A stretch of 64,000 bases of DNA from an uncultured Gammaproteobacteria bacterium (lineage in GTDB: Bacteria > Patescibacteriota > Microgenomatia > UBA1406 > HO2-37-13b), in assembly GCA_964556475.1 (NCBI GenBank), contig CAZKVU010000002.1:12271-76270 (forward strand), written 5' to 3'. The notes beneath the pieces are model-generated. The model ran no database searches and was not told where the DNA came from. It saw only the letters and a program-made list of their open reading frames with translations. A program made the position numbers and the translations under genes. This document shows positions 44,825 to 55,065 of the stretch, one piece after another (position 1 is the stretch's first letter; the number at the start of each line of letters is the position of its first letter).

Positions 44825-46033
44825 ATGAAACTTAAAAATATACTTATTCTCGCTGGAGGATCGAGCTCACGCTTTTGGCCTTTATCTCACAAAAATCTAT
44901 TCTCCTTTAGGGGTGAGGCACTTATTGAGTATCAAATTAAGTTCTATTTATCGTATGCAGAATCCATATTCATCGTGTCACATCCAGATACATTCGATCA
45001 GATCAGCGAAATTGCGCAAAAATATCACGTAAAAGTACTCATGCAGCATAACTCAGGGCAGGGAGCAGCAATACTCAGTGCCAATGAACATATATCCGGA
45101 GAAACACTCATTGTTAACGCAAATGATATTTTCAATCAATCTCTTGTTGAATCCCTATTAGAAGAAATTGCTGCGAGACAGGATCATATTGATGGTATAT
45201 TCACTGCAAAAAAGGTTGAGACCTATTTCCCAGGTGGATATCTTGTTCTCGATGGGTCAACGGTTAAAGGAGTCACTGAAAAACCTGGACCTGATAAGAT
45301 GCCATCTCCTTATTGGAAATTCGTCGTAGATTATTTCTCTAATATTAATGACTTTATGAATGTTCTTAGTAGCAAACAAGCTTCTGACGATGACCAGTAT
45401 GAACAAGCAATAACGGAGTACATCAATCAAGGAAAGCATATAACAATGTTGGAATATGATAAAGATTCAGCAACAGTTAAGTACCCTTGGAATATCTTGG
45501 ATGCAATGGAATTTTTCCTAAGACACACAACTTCATATGTTTCTGAAAATGCACATGTTGCACCAACCGCGATAATTCAGGGAAATGTGTATATAGATGA
45601 TGGAGCAAAAATCCATGAGTATTCAAAAATTGTAGGGCCTGCTTATATTGGAAAAAATGTGACAGTTGGCAATTATGCTCTTATAACGTCGAGCATGGTT
45701 GAGCAGGATAGTATGATTGGCGGTTATACAGAAATAACTCGATCATATATAGGCCCGTTAACCTGGTCGCATAGAGCATATATCGGCGACTCAATTGTAG
45801 AGGGCCCTGCTAACTTCGCAGCAGGTTCTGTAACTGCAAATCTACGATTTGATAAAAAAAATATTCATTCGCCAGTAAAAGGAGAGCGTACAGATTCTCA
45901 GCGAACTAAACTTGGCGTGATTGCGGGTAGGAATGTTGAGATTGGTACAAATGCAACAACAATGCCAGGAGTCAAATTAGCACCTGATACAAAGGTAATG
46001 CCTGGTTCGGTTGTATTTAAGGATAATGAATAA
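44825..46033 (+). CDS. Sugar-phosphate nucleotidyltransferase fused to a hexapeptide-repeat domain (GlmU-like architecture)
   Basis: ILAGGSSSRFWPL N-terminus and C-terminal LbH repeats (IGKNVTVGNYALI...). Specificity is not determinable from the sequence alone. Confidence 0.55.
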   Translation: MKLKNILILAGGSSSRFWPLSHKNLFSFRGEALIEYQIKFYLSYAESIFIVSHPDTFDQISEIAQKYHVKVLMQHNSGQGAAILSANEHISGETLIVNANDIFNQSLVESLLEEIAARQDHIDGIFTAKKVETYFPGGYLVLDGSTVKGVTEKPGPDKMPSPYWKFVVDYFSNINDFMNVLSSKQASDDDQYEQAITEYINQGKHITMLEYDKDSATVKYPWNILDAMEFFLRHTTSYVSENAHVAPTAIIQGNVYIDDGAKIHEYSKIVGPAYIGKNVTVGNYALITSSMVEQDSMIGGYTEITRSYIGPLTWSHRAYIGDSIVEGPANFAAGSVTANLRFDKKNIHSPVKGERTDSQRTKLGVIAGRNVEIGTNATTMPGVKLAPDTKVMPGSVVFKDNE

Positions 46034-47165
46034 AGCACTTATTATTCGAGTCATTCTTGTCTTTGTCGTTATTGCATTAACTCGAAATCTCATACAAGAG
46101 AACTTAAATGGCTTTCCTTACGGAGGTGCTATTCAAGCGAAATATGGTAATCCATACCCCATATCGGTCATGGCTAATTTTGACGGAGTACATTATGTTA
46201 AGATTGCCTCAGAAGGCTACAAGCAATTTAATCAGGCTTTTTTTCCGTTGTACCCATTGCTGATTAAATTCCTGGCAGCTCCTCTCAATAACAACCATGT
46301 GGTAGCCGGCATATTAATTTCAACTGTATCCTTTATTGCTGGTTGCACACTTTTGTTAAAATTACTAACTGATCTTTATGGTCAAAGCAAGGCAGTCTCT
46401 TCGCTCTTGCTGTTGTTAGTATTCCCGACATCCTTTTTCTTTCAAATTATTTATACAGAAGGACTGTTCTTGTTTGTTTGTGCGGCTGTTTTATATGCAT
46501 TGCATAAAAAAAGGTATACATGGGTATTCTTCTTAGCAGCACTCTCCTCTTTAATCAGAATTCAGGGCATATTTCTTGTTTTTCCAATATTTTTCAGCTT
46601 TTATGATCTTAAAAAACCATTTTTCTCAAGTATTTTCACTATTTTCAGAAAGCATTTCGCTCTGCTTATCGCCCCATTCATAGGGCTATCATGCTACATG
46701 ATCTATCTGTATATTTATTTTCATGATCCGATTTACTTTTTTACAGCACAGCCATCATTTGGAGCCCAACGATCAACATCATTGATTCTTTTACCACAGG
46801 TTTATTATAGATACCTGAAAATATTTATTACTGCATCGCATAATTTTCAGTATTTTGTAGCTGTTTTGGAATTTATTTTCTTTAATATAAGCTTCATTGC
46901 CTCGTTAATATTCGGCTATTTTGCATATAAGCACAAGAATGCATTTGAATTCGGAGTCTCACTATTCTCACTTGCCTATATAATTCTTCCTACTTTGACA
47001 GGTACCTTCTCATCATTACCACGCTATTCCTTACTTGCTTTAGCGCAATATATTATTTTTGCAAAGATAAAAAACAAGTTTTATCGTGGAGCTATAATTT
47101 GTATTTCAATCCTGGCACAAATGGTGTTTCTTTCACTATTCTCACGAGGTTATTTTATTAGTTAG
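46026..47165 (+). CDS. Polytopic membrane protein, PIG-V-like mannosyltransferase family (tentative)
   Basis: ANFDGVHYVKIASEGY...AFFPLYPLLI resembles the motif I recall for PIG-V/GT-C-like enzymes. The start is moved to ATG 46026 (track TTG 46011). Confidence 0.45.
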   Translation: MNKALIIRVILVFVVIALTRNLIQENLNGFPYGGAIQAKYGNPYPISVMANFDGVHYVKIASEGYKQFNQAFFPLYPLLIKFLAAPLNNNHVVAGILISTVSFIAGCTLLLKLLTDLYGQSKAVSSLLLLLVFPTSFFFQIIYTEGLFLFVCAAVLYALHKKRYTWVFFLAALSSLIRIQGIFLVFPIFFSFYDLKKPFFSSIFTIFRKHFALLIAPFIGLSCYMIYLYIYFHDPIYFFTAQPSFGAQRSTSLILLPQVYYRYLKIFITASHNFQYFVAVLEFIFFNISFIASLIFGYFAYKHKNAFEFGVSLFSLAYIILPTLTGTFSSLPRYSLLALAQYIIFAKIKNKFYRGAIICISILAQMVFLSLFSRGYFIS

Positions 47166-47204
47166 CAGCTACGCATCAGCCTCACTCATTATACGTATTT
47201 GTAG

Positions 47205-47210
47205 TACAAT
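47205..47210 (+). promoter_or_regulatory. -10 element TACAAT, 7 nt upstream of the yvcK ATG
   Basis: It sits within AGTACAATATAA (47203-47214), identical to the 12-mer upstream of secA. Confidence 0.45.
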
Positions 47211-47217
47211 ATAAGTC

Positions 47218-48189
47218 ATGCAGAACGTTGTTGTTATAGGCGGTGGAACAGGAACATTTGTTGTTCTGTCAGGCTTAAAAGATTATCCAATGCACATTTC
47301 TGCCGTTGTCACGATAATGGACAGCGGTGGAAGTACCGGTAGACTTCGTGATCAGTACGGAGTAGTACCCCCGGGAGATTTAAGACAATGCCTGGTGGCT
47401 CTTTCTGATGCTCCAAAACTCTGGAGAAGACTATTCTTATACCGTTTCGAAAAGGGTGACTTCAAGGGTCATAATTTTGGAAACATACTTTTAACAGCCC
47501 TCGAACAAATAGCGCCAAATTATCAGGAGGTTATTGATACCGCCGAATATATTTTGCAGACAAAAGGAGATGTAATACCGGTTACCTTTGATAAGGTTCA
47601 TTTGTGTGCCCAATATGAAGATGGGGAAATTCTTGAAACAGAAGAACTTATTGATACTGCATTTCATAAAAAGAGTAGAATTAAAAAGGTTTACCTAAAG
47701 CCAAAAGCACATGCAAACAATAATGCTATTAAGGCAATAAAACAGGCTGATTACATTATTCTTGGCCCAGGGGATGTGTTTACCAGCATCATCCCAAATC
47801 TGGTTGTCAATGGTATAAAAGATGAAATAGCTCATTCTAAAGCAAAAATTATATATATTGTGAACCTTATGACTAAACAAGGACAAACAACGAATTTTAC
47901 TGCAACCGATCATATTGAGGTTATGGAATCTTATCTTGGCAGAAATATTGACATTGTGTTGATAAATAATTCACAAATATCCAAAGACGCTCGAGGATAC
48001 TATGAAGAATTTGGTGAAAAAATCGTCCAGGATGACCTTCAGAATTTAAAAGGTAAAACTATCGTTAGGGCGGATCTTATTGCAAAAGGACCTTTTAAAA
48101 AATCTATCGCAGACAAAGTGAACCGCAGTCTACAAAGACACGACTCGCAAAAGCTTGCGCTGACCTTATCAGATATTATAAACTCATAA
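47218..48189 (+). CDS. yvcK: YvcK/CofD-family protein (gluconeogenesis factor / UDP-sugar binding)
   Basis: VVVIGGGTGTFVVLSGLK and IMDSGGSTGRLRD motifs. Confidence 0.8.
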   Translation: MQNVVVIGGGTGTFVVLSGLKDYPMHISAVVTIMDSGGSTGRLRDQYGVVPPGDLRQCLVALSDAPKLWRRLFLYRFEKGDFKGHNFGNILLTALEQIAPNYQEVIDTAEYILQTKGDVIPVTFDKVHLCAQYEDGEILETEELIDTAFHKKSRIKKVYLKPKAHANNNAIKAIKQADYIILGPGDVFTSIIPNLVVNGIKDEIAHSKAKIIYIVNLMTKQGQTTNFTATDHIEVMESYLGRNIDIVLINNSQISKDARGYYEEFGEKIVQDDLQNLKGKTIVRADLIAKGPFKKSIADKVNRSLQRHDSQKLALTLSDIINS

Positions 48190-48191
48190 CA

Positions 48192-48566
48192 ATGGACGTT
48201 AGAAGTGAACACGCAACACATAATCCTTTTAAGCATGCAGGAGATGGTCTACTCTGGGCTATACGAACACAAAAAAATTATCGGGTCCATCTTGCCTTGT
48301 CAATCGTAGCTGTTATCCTGGGCTTAGTTTTAAAGCTGCAAGCGGATGAGTGGGCAATAGTATTTTTGCTTATTACAATAGGACTTACCGTTGAGGCTAT
48401 TAATACAGCAATTGAGAGCACAAATAATGCAATATCACATGAGTGGAGTAAAGAAATTAAAATTGCTAAAGATGTATCGGCAGCTGCAATGCTCACATAT
48501 GCACTTGGAGCAACAACTGTAGCAAGTTTGATTTATGTACCTAAATTATTACTTTTTTTCTCGTGA
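48192..48566 (+). CDS. dgkA: Diacylglycerol/undecaprenol kinase (DgkA family)
   Basis: 124 aa with 3 TM and the EAINTAIE motif typical of prokaryotic DAGK. Confidence 0.75.
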   Translation: MDVRSEHATHNPFKHAGDGLLWAIRTQKNYRVHLALSIVAVILGLVLKLQADEWAIVFLLITIGLTVEAINTAIESTNNAISHEWSKEIKIAKDVSAAAMLTYALGATTVASLIYVPKLLLFFS

Positions 48567-48574
48567 CATAAAAT

Positions 48575-49612
48575 ATGTCAAATTACCTCGTCATCTTTTT
48601 TCTTTCCTTTATCCTAAATTTTAGTTTATTTATTCCATTCATCAATCTGTTGTATCGATTGAAATTTCAACGAGTATCGCAAGAAACCAGGGATGCCTTT
48701 AACAAGCGCACGCCAATTTTTGACAAGTTTCATAAGCATAAGGTCGGAACTCCTGTGGGAGGTGGCATACTTATCATACTTACAACACTATTTGGATTTA
48801 CGCTATCAACAGTTATTTTTACGCTTATCGACCAAAGAATTATTTCGAATTATCCATCGATTACCTCAGAAATTAAGATACTATTGTTTACTTTTGTTTC
48901 ATTTTCTTTACTTGGATTATATGATGATCTTAAGAAAATTTTTATCTGGCAAGATGAGACTTTTTTTGGACTTCGTTTAAGGCATAAACTTATCGTTGAG
49001 ATTATATTAGCGGTCATTGTCTCTTACTGGATGTTTGCCGAATTAGATATTTCAATTATATATATTCCGTATTTTGGTGTTTTTAAACTTTCGTGGCTCT
49101 TTATCCCATTTGCAACATTTGTCATAGTCGCCTTTTCAAATGCTGTAAATATTACCGATGGACTGGATGGATTATCAAGCGGTGTACTGCTCGTTGCCCT
49201 TTTTGCTTTTTGGGCCATATCTGTATCAATTCTTGATACGCCACTGCTCATATTCATCGCCGTTTGGACAGGTGGCTTAATAGCCTTTTTATATTTTAAT
49301 GTTCACCCTGCTCGTCTTTTCCTTGGCGATACAGGGGCGCTTGCATTTGGTGCTACATTTGCTGTTATTGGTTTGTTATTAGGTAAAGTTTTTGCTTTGA
49401 CGATCATAGGTGGATTGTTTGTCATTGAAATTGGATCATCATTTTTACAACTTATTTCCAAAAAATACCGTGGAAAAAAATTGTTCCCTGCGGCTCCTTT
49501 ACACTTACTTCTTCAGTACCGAGGGTGGGAGGAACCTAAGATTGTAATGAGGGCATGGGTTGTCTCCATATTGTTTGCAGTATTCGGTTTGATGATTGCA
49601 TTTTTGAAATAA
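48575..49612 (+). CDS. mraY: Phospho-N-acetylmuramoyl-pentapeptide transferase
   Basis: NAVNITDGLDGL and GDTGALAFG motifs, with 10 TM-like segments. Confidence 0.92.
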   Translation: MSNYLVIFFLSFILNFSLFIPFINLLYRLKFQRVSQETRDAFNKRTPIFDKFHKHKVGTPVGGGILIILTTLFGFTLSTVIFTLIDQRIISNYPSITSEIKILLFTFVSFSLLGLYDDLKKIFIWQDETFFGLRLRHKLIVEIILAVIVSYWMFAELDISIIYIPYFGVFKLSWLFIPFATFVIVAFSNAVNITDGLDGLSSGVLLVALFAFWAISVSILDTPLLIFIAVWTGGLIAFLYFNVHPARLFLGDTGALAFGATFAVIGLLLGKVFALTIIGGLFVIEIGSSFLQLISKKYRGKKLFPAAPLHLLLQYRGWEEPKIVMRAWVVSILFAVFGLMIAFLK

Positions 49613-49634
49613 CGCATTCGGAATATATCGTATT

Positions 49635-50975
49635 ATGGATAATAAGACGTTCATTTTTGACAGCATTGAAATAAGTGAAGGCGACAGTCAGATAAAGCTT
49701 CATTACGCATATGAGGAAAATCATCAGCAGACTGTTAATTTTACAGAAACGCTATCTTTGCCTTCGGATATTGACATTTCGCAGTTGCCGCAATCACTTC
49801 TGGAAGGGCTTCATATCATATGCGGAGTAAGCTATTACAAACTGTACTGCCCAAAGAATATTGAAATAAGGAATTTTAAATTGACTCGGGATCAAGCAAG
49901 TTTTTGGAATACTGTATATACAAAGGGCCTCGGTGAATTTTTTTTCAAAAACAATTTGGATTACAGAGATCATATCAATTTTCCGTACGACGAAAATGTC
50001 ACAGCACATAATGCTTCACACTCACCCATGGAGGAAAAGGCACTTGTCACTATCGGCGGGGGTAAAGATTCCATCGTGAGCCTTGAATTGGTAAAAAAAA
50101 CTAATATTGATTTCGATCTTTTTGTCATGAATAAACACAGCATTATGCAGGATGTCGCAGATGTTGCACAAAAAAAACTTTTTACAGTACAACGGACTAT
50201 TGATTCAAAACTTCTGGAATATAATTCATTGCCAAATACATACAATGGTCATGTGCCAATTTCGGCAATCTATGCCTTTGTATCGCTTCTTTACGCATAC
50301 GCTGGAAAGTATTCATATGCTATTTTTGCTAATGAACGCAGCAGTAATTATGGAAACGCAGAATATTTAGGTGAAACTGTCAGTCATCAATGGAGTAAAT
50401 CACGAGAATTTGAAGATATGTTCCGTGATTACACAAAAAAATACATCTGTACAACAATTGAGTATTTTTCACTCGTTCGACCATTATATGAAATTGGCAT
50501 TGCAAAAATATTTGTAAAGTATCCTCAGTATTTTTCCGTGTTTTCGAGCAGTAATCACAATTTCAAAATGAATAATCAAAATTCCCAGAAATGGGACGCC
50601 CAATCAGCAAAAACGGCTTTCACATACTGCTTATTAACTGCAATGCTTCCTAAGAGTGTAATGATCGAAATATTCGGTCAGGATTTATATAGCATTCCGG
50701 AACTAAAGGGAATCTTCAGGGAGCTGCTCGGACTTGAAAAGATCAAACCTTTTGACTGTGTGGGAACACCAGATGAAGTGAAAGTGGCTATGTATCAAGC
50801 CTTCCAAAAAGGAGAGTATAGAGGAAGCTTTATGATGGACATGTTCGAAGCGGATGTTCTACCAACTCTCAGTTTAACTATTGAGGATTTAATAAAAGAG
50901 GTGTTTTCTTTCGGAAACGCAGATAATATTCCTGTAAGGTTTTTGAAAGTTCTCACAGATACTTATGAAGGTTAG
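49635..50975 (+). CDS. Uncharacterised 446-aa protein with a PP-loop-like GGGKDS motif; overlaps the murD start by 11 bp
   Basis: LVTIGGGKDSIVSLE resembles the SGGxDS ATP-pyrophosphatase loop. It has no TM and lies between mraY and murD. Confidence 0.6.
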   Translation: MDNKTFIFDSIEISEGDSQIKLHYAYEENHQQTVNFTETLSLPSDIDISQLPQSLLEGLHIICGVSYYKLYCPKNIEIRNFKLTRDQASFWNTVYTKGLGEFFFKNNLDYRDHINFPYDENVTAHNASHSPMEEKALVTIGGGKDSIVSLELVKKTNIDFDLFVMNKHSIMQDVADVAQKKLFTVQRTIDSKLLEYNSLPNTYNGHVPISAIYAFVSLLYAYAGKYSYAIFANERSSNYGNAEYLGETVSHQWSKSREFEDMFRDYTKKYICTTIEYFSLVRPLYEIGIAKIFVKYPQYFSVFSSSNHNFKMNNQNSQKWDAQSAKTAFTYCLLTAMLPKSVMIEIFGQDLYSIPELKGIFRELLGLEKIKPFDCVGTPDEVKVAMYQAFQKGEYRGSFMMDMFEADVLPTLSLTIEDLIKEVFSFGNADNIPVRFLKVLTDTYEG

Positions 50976-52194
50976 GGAATTAGCCCAGCATAAAAAGATT
51001 TTAATCGTTGGCTACGGTATTGAAGGAGAAGCCACGCGTCGATTTCTTGATGTGTTTCATCCAGAAGCATATGTGACTATTGTTGATCAAAAAGATGGAA
51101 GTGATTATCTAAAGGCGCAAGGAGAATATGATCTGGCGATTAAGTCTCCAAGTGTTCGTAAGGAACAGCTCACTATACCATATACAACAGCAACAAACCT
51201 TTTTTTTGCGAATTGTACAAGCTTCACTATTGGAATTACAGGTACTAAAGGTAAGAGTACGACAGCTACACTACTGCATCAGTTATTAATAAAGCATAAC
51301 AAAAAGGCATTTTTAGCAGGAAACATTGGTAAACCAATGCTTGATTTACTTACGAATAAAGAAATTGAGGATGGCGATTATGTTGTTCTCGAACTATCAA
51401 GTTATCAGCTAGATGATATTCAGTATTCACCAAATATCTCTATTATTCTAAACATCGACGAGGCACATTTGAACTATCATGATACTTTTGAAAATTATAA
51501 AAAAGCAAAACTCAACATTGTCTCGCATGCCTCACCAGCAGATTTCTATATATATAATGACGCAAGTGCAGGATTAGCTGATGTACAAACAAAGGCACGC
51601 AAATTCCCATTCACACATTCATCTTTAAAGCACAACGCTATTCATCAAGATACCATCAGCTCTTTAGTAACATGCTCGCATATTCTCGGGTACTCAGAGA
51701 ATGATATCGAGGAAGTCTTGAGTAATTTTACGAACCTGCCTCACCGACTTCAAAATATTGGAGAGCACAACGGGATTACTTTTATAGATGACTCTGCGTC
51801 AACAACTCCATCCGCCACAGTATTTGCGCTGCAGTCATTTAAAAATATAGAAACACTTATTTGTGGTGGTATACGAAGAAATCAGTCGCTCGAGGAAATC
51901 TACGAAGCAGTGACTAAAGCTGGTGTTAGATATGTTGCTGTCTTTCCAGATGTTGCTCAGGATTTAATTGAGTTGTTTAATAACAAGGGTAACCGTACGG
52001 AAATACAGGAAGTTCAAACTATGAAAGATGCAGTTTCATTCGCATTTAAACATACTCAATCCGGAAATATCTGTTTGCTTTCGCCCGGCTTTGCAAGCTA
52101 CAATATGTATTCTGGATTCCCTGCAAGGGGAGATGATTTCCAGAAATGTGTGAAAGAATACTCAATAAATCATGCGGAGACACCTCAAACGTAA
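50965..52194 (+). CDS. murD: UDP-N-acetylmuramoylalanine--glutamate ligase (MurD family)
   Basis: KILIVGYGIEGEA Rossmann N-terminus, GITGTKGKSTT P-loop, and DDSASTTP. Confidence 0.88.
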   Translation: MKVRELAQHKKILIVGYGIEGEATRRFLDVFHPEAYVTIVDQKDGSDYLKAQGEYDLAIKSPSVRKEQLTIPYTTATNLFFANCTSFTIGITGTKGKSTTATLLHQLLIKHNKKAFLAGNIGKPMLDLLTNKEIEDGDYVVLELSSYQLDDIQYSPNISIILNIDEAHLNYHDTFENYKKAKLNIVSHASPADFYIYNDASAGLADVQTKARKFPFTHSSLKHNAIHQDTISSLVTCSHILGYSENDIEEVLSNFTNLPHRLQNIGEHNGITFIDDSASTTPSATVFALQSFKNIETLICGGIRRNQSLEEIYEAVTKAGVRYVAVFPDVAQDLIELFNNKGNRTEIQEVQTMKDAVSFAFKHTQSGNICLLSPGFASYNMYSGFPARGDDFQKCVKEYSINHAETPQT

Positions 52195-53290
52195 AACAAC
52201 TAAAGTTGTCCAAACAGGAAGGAGCCTGACCTCACTTCTTATTGCCTTTCCAATTATTTTGACAGTTATTGGGTTATTTTTTATTTTTGAATCATCTTCC
52301 GTTACTGCCTTTCGTGAACTCGGCGACAGTTTTTATTTTATGAAACGCCAAATATATAACCTAGTACCGGCTTTGGCAGCGTGTGCATTTTTTGCACTGC
52401 TGTTTGATTATAAAAAACTCTACTATGTGGCCTTTCCTCTACTTGTAGCAACGATGATAACGCTTATTATTGTATTGATTCCTGGTATAGGATCGACTGC
52501 ACTTGGGGCACAGCGCTGGATAAATATTCTCGGTTTCAATTTTCAGCCAACCGAATTAACTAAATTTACCGTCATTTTATATCTTTGCTCGTGGTTTCTT
52601 TATAAAGAGAAAGGCCGTTTCTCTTCCTTTCTCATCCTCATAGGCACCATTATTGGTCTAATTATGGTCCAGCCGGATCTTGGTACAGCAATTATTATTT
52701 TTTCATTGTGCATTGCCATTTATTACTTTGCGGGAGAAAATATTATGAAATTAATTGGGCTCTTGCCATTTGCTTTGGCCGGAGTATTCTTTTTTATATT
52801 CACTTCCCCATATCGACTGCAAAGAGTTAGAGCCTTTATTGATCCAAATGTTGATCCAGAAGGGGTCAGTTATCACATACGTCAAATTCTGATTTCCTTG
52901 TCATCGGGTGGTATTGTTGGAAGGGGCTTTTCCAGCTCAAGGCAAAAATATCAATTTCTCCCAGAAGCACATACTGATTCAATTTTTGCAATTATTGGTG
53001 AAGAAGTTGGTTTTATCGGTTCAATATTAGTAATCGCTGTATATGTTGTTTTTTTGTATGTTTTGTATCGAGCAGTTCAACGAACACAGGATAGATTCGG
53101 AAAGTTGCTGATTGGATCAGTTTTTGTCTTGGTTGGATTACAGGTTATTATTAATTTGGGCGGCATGGTAAATCTTATTCCATTAACCGGTATTCCGTTG
53201 CCCTTTATTTCATATGGAGGATCAAGTCTGCTTGTATTTTATTCACTTATGGGGATCGTCATTGGTGTAGCGCGTCGAAATAAGATATAA
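52172..53290 (+). CDS. ftsW: SEDS-family peptidoglycan glycosyltransferase FtsW
   Basis: QPTELTKF, PEAHTDSIFA and GIPLPFISYGGSS motifs, plus its dcw position. Confidence 0.88.
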   Translation: MRRHLKRKTTKVVQTGRSLTSLLIAFPIILTVIGLFFIFESSSVTAFRELGDSFYFMKRQIYNLVPALAACAFFALLFDYKKLYYVAFPLLVATMITLIIVLIPGIGSTALGAQRWINILGFNFQPTELTKFTVILYLCSWFLYKEKGRFSSFLILIGTIIGLIMVQPDLGTAIIIFSLCIAIYYFAGENIMKLIGLLPFALAGVFFFIFTSPYRLQRVRAFIDPNVDPEGVSYHIRQILISLSSGGIVGRGFSSSRQKYQFLPEAHTDSIFAIIGEEVGFIGSILVIAVYVVFLYVLYRAVQRTQDRFGKLLIGSVFVLVGLQVIINLGGMVNLIPLTGIPLPFISYGGSSLLVFYSLMGIVIGVARRNKI

Positions 53291-53297
53291 TCAATAT

Positions 53298-54374
53298 ATG
53301 AACGTTCTAGTAACTGGCGGGCACATCACACCTGCGCTTGCTGTGATAGATGAGCTTCAATTGAGAAATCAAAACATATACTTCGTCGGACGTAGATTCG
53401 CAAATGAGCGCGAAAAAGAAGACACATTTGAATATAAAGAAATCACCGCGCGAGGCATTCCTTTTTTTAATTTGTCAACAGGGAGACTTCAGAAGTCATT
53501 CACGCCTGCATATTTTAAGCAAATAGGATTATTTTTCGCCGCAATATTTAGGAGTTTTCACATTATTCAACACGTTAAACCTGATGTAATTATTTCGTTT
53601 GGTGGATATATTGCGCTTCCAATTTGTCTTGTTGCAGCAATGATGAACATAAAAATTATTACGCACGAACAGACAATCGAGCCAGGAAGCACAAATAGGA
53701 TAATTGCTTTTTTTGCGGCTAAAGTATGCTTATCATTTCCAGAGTCGGATAAATATTTCAAGGTTAAAGGTGTTTTGACTGGCAACCCACTTCGAAAAAA
53801 TCTTTTTGAACCGTCAACTCATCCTGTTATTCCATCTACAAACAGGCCAATTATATTTATTAGTGGCGGTTCGTTAGGTTCGCACTCAATCAACCTTATT
53901 ATCGAGCAAAATCTCGCGAAGCTTGTACAAAAGTTTACGATCATACACCAGACAGGGAATATTCAGGAGTTTGGTGATTCTGAAAGGCTGTCGAAACTTC
54001 AGAATCCTCATTACCATGTCTTTCAGCATCTGTCTACTGAGGAAATTTCGTGGATTTACCATAACGCATCATTGGTTATTTCCAGGTCGGGTGCAAATAC
54101 AATTCATGAATTAATTGCACTTCACAAGCCTGCAGTACTTATTCCGCTGCCATGGTCGGCCCGTAACGAGCAAAAAAAACACGCTCAACTATTGAAAGAT
54201 CATCATGTTGCTGAAATTTTCGAGCAAGATGCGGACCCGGAACATTTTTATGAGTTAATTGAGAAGGTTTATAACGAGAGAGAAGAATACATTAATAATT
54301 TCCGAACATTACAGTCATATTTCCACGACGACGCTGCTCAACGAATTGTTGACATTGCACTCTCGCATAGTTAA
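53298..54374 (+). CDS. murG: Undecaprenyldiphospho-muramoylpentapeptide beta-N-acetylglucosaminyltransferase
   Basis: VTGGHITPALAV N-terminus, the RSGANTIHEL motif, and its dcw position. Confidence 0.88.
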   Translation: MNVLVTGGHITPALAVIDELQLRNQNIYFVGRRFANEREKEDTFEYKEITARGIPFFNLSTGRLQKSFTPAYFKQIGLFFAAIFRSFHIIQHVKPDVIISFGGYIALPICLVAAMMNIKIITHEQTIEPGSTNRIIAFFAAKVCLSFPESDKYFKVKGVLTGNPLRKNLFEPSTHPVIPSTNRPIIFISGGSLGSHSINLIIEQNLAKLVQKFTIIHQTGNIQEFGDSERLSKLQNPHYHVFQHLSTEEISWIYHNASLVISRSGANTIHELIALHKPAVLIPLPWSARNEQKKHAQLLKDHHVAEIFEQDADPEHFYELIEKVYNEREEYINNFRTLQSYFHDDAAQRIVDIALSHS

Positions 54375-54377
54375 TGT

Positions 54378-55064
54378 ATGAAAAAAGCAGCTATCGGATT
54401 TGGCTCCTTTGCACTAACCACGTGCATACTTTTAGGTTTTTATATGCTTTTTACAGTTCGAAGGATCGAAGTTTCTGGAAACAATACTTTGAAAGGTGTC
54501 CAAACATATTCACATGCATTCCTTCCACTACTCAATGAACACGAAGCGGAAAAAAATTTGTATGTTCAGAATCCGCAGATAAGCTGGGTACGAGTTATGA
54601 AAAAATATCCTGGTTCAATAATGGTTATGACGAAGGAAAGTAATCCTGTCGCGGAAATATTGACCGATAAGGGTTCAATTATATTTAATGAGGCAGGAAG
54701 GATTGTCCAAATCAATATCTCTAACGACTCTATTCATTCAGAATTACCTGTCATTTCATATTATCAGAAACTTAACATTCATGAATATGCCGTTGGTGAT
54801 CTAATAGGAAAAGAGGATCTCGAATATACTTTTCGTTTCTTGGGGCGATTAAAAGCAATGAAGGTAACCATAGAAAAGATTGATATTACAAGTCCGAATA
54901 TGATAGTATTAGTAAACGCTCAAGAGCGCTATCTTATTACTGTTGAAAAGGATATTGATGTTCAGTATCAAGAGTTTAAGCTTGTCTACGAAAGATTGTT
55001 GCAAAAGGGAGAAAAATATTCTCAAATAGATGTAAGATTTGAGAAACCAATCATAACATATTAA
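54378..55064 (+). CDS. ftsQ: FtsQ/DivIB-like cell division protein
   Basis: One N-terminal TM, a POTRA-like segment (VRRIEVSGNNTL), and its position before ftsA. Confidence 0.6.
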   Translation: MKKAAIGFGSFALTTCILLGFYMLFTVRRIEVSGNNTLKGVQTYSHAFLPLLNEHEAEKNLYVQNPQISWVRVMKKYPGSIMVMTKESNPVAEILTDKGSIIFNEAGRIVQINISNDSIHSELPVISYYQKLNIHEYAVGDLIGKEDLEYTFRFLGRLKAMKVTIEKIDITSPNMIVLVNAQERYLITVEKDIDVQYQEFKLVYERLLQKGEKYSQIDVRFEKPIITY

Positions 55065-55065
55065 T

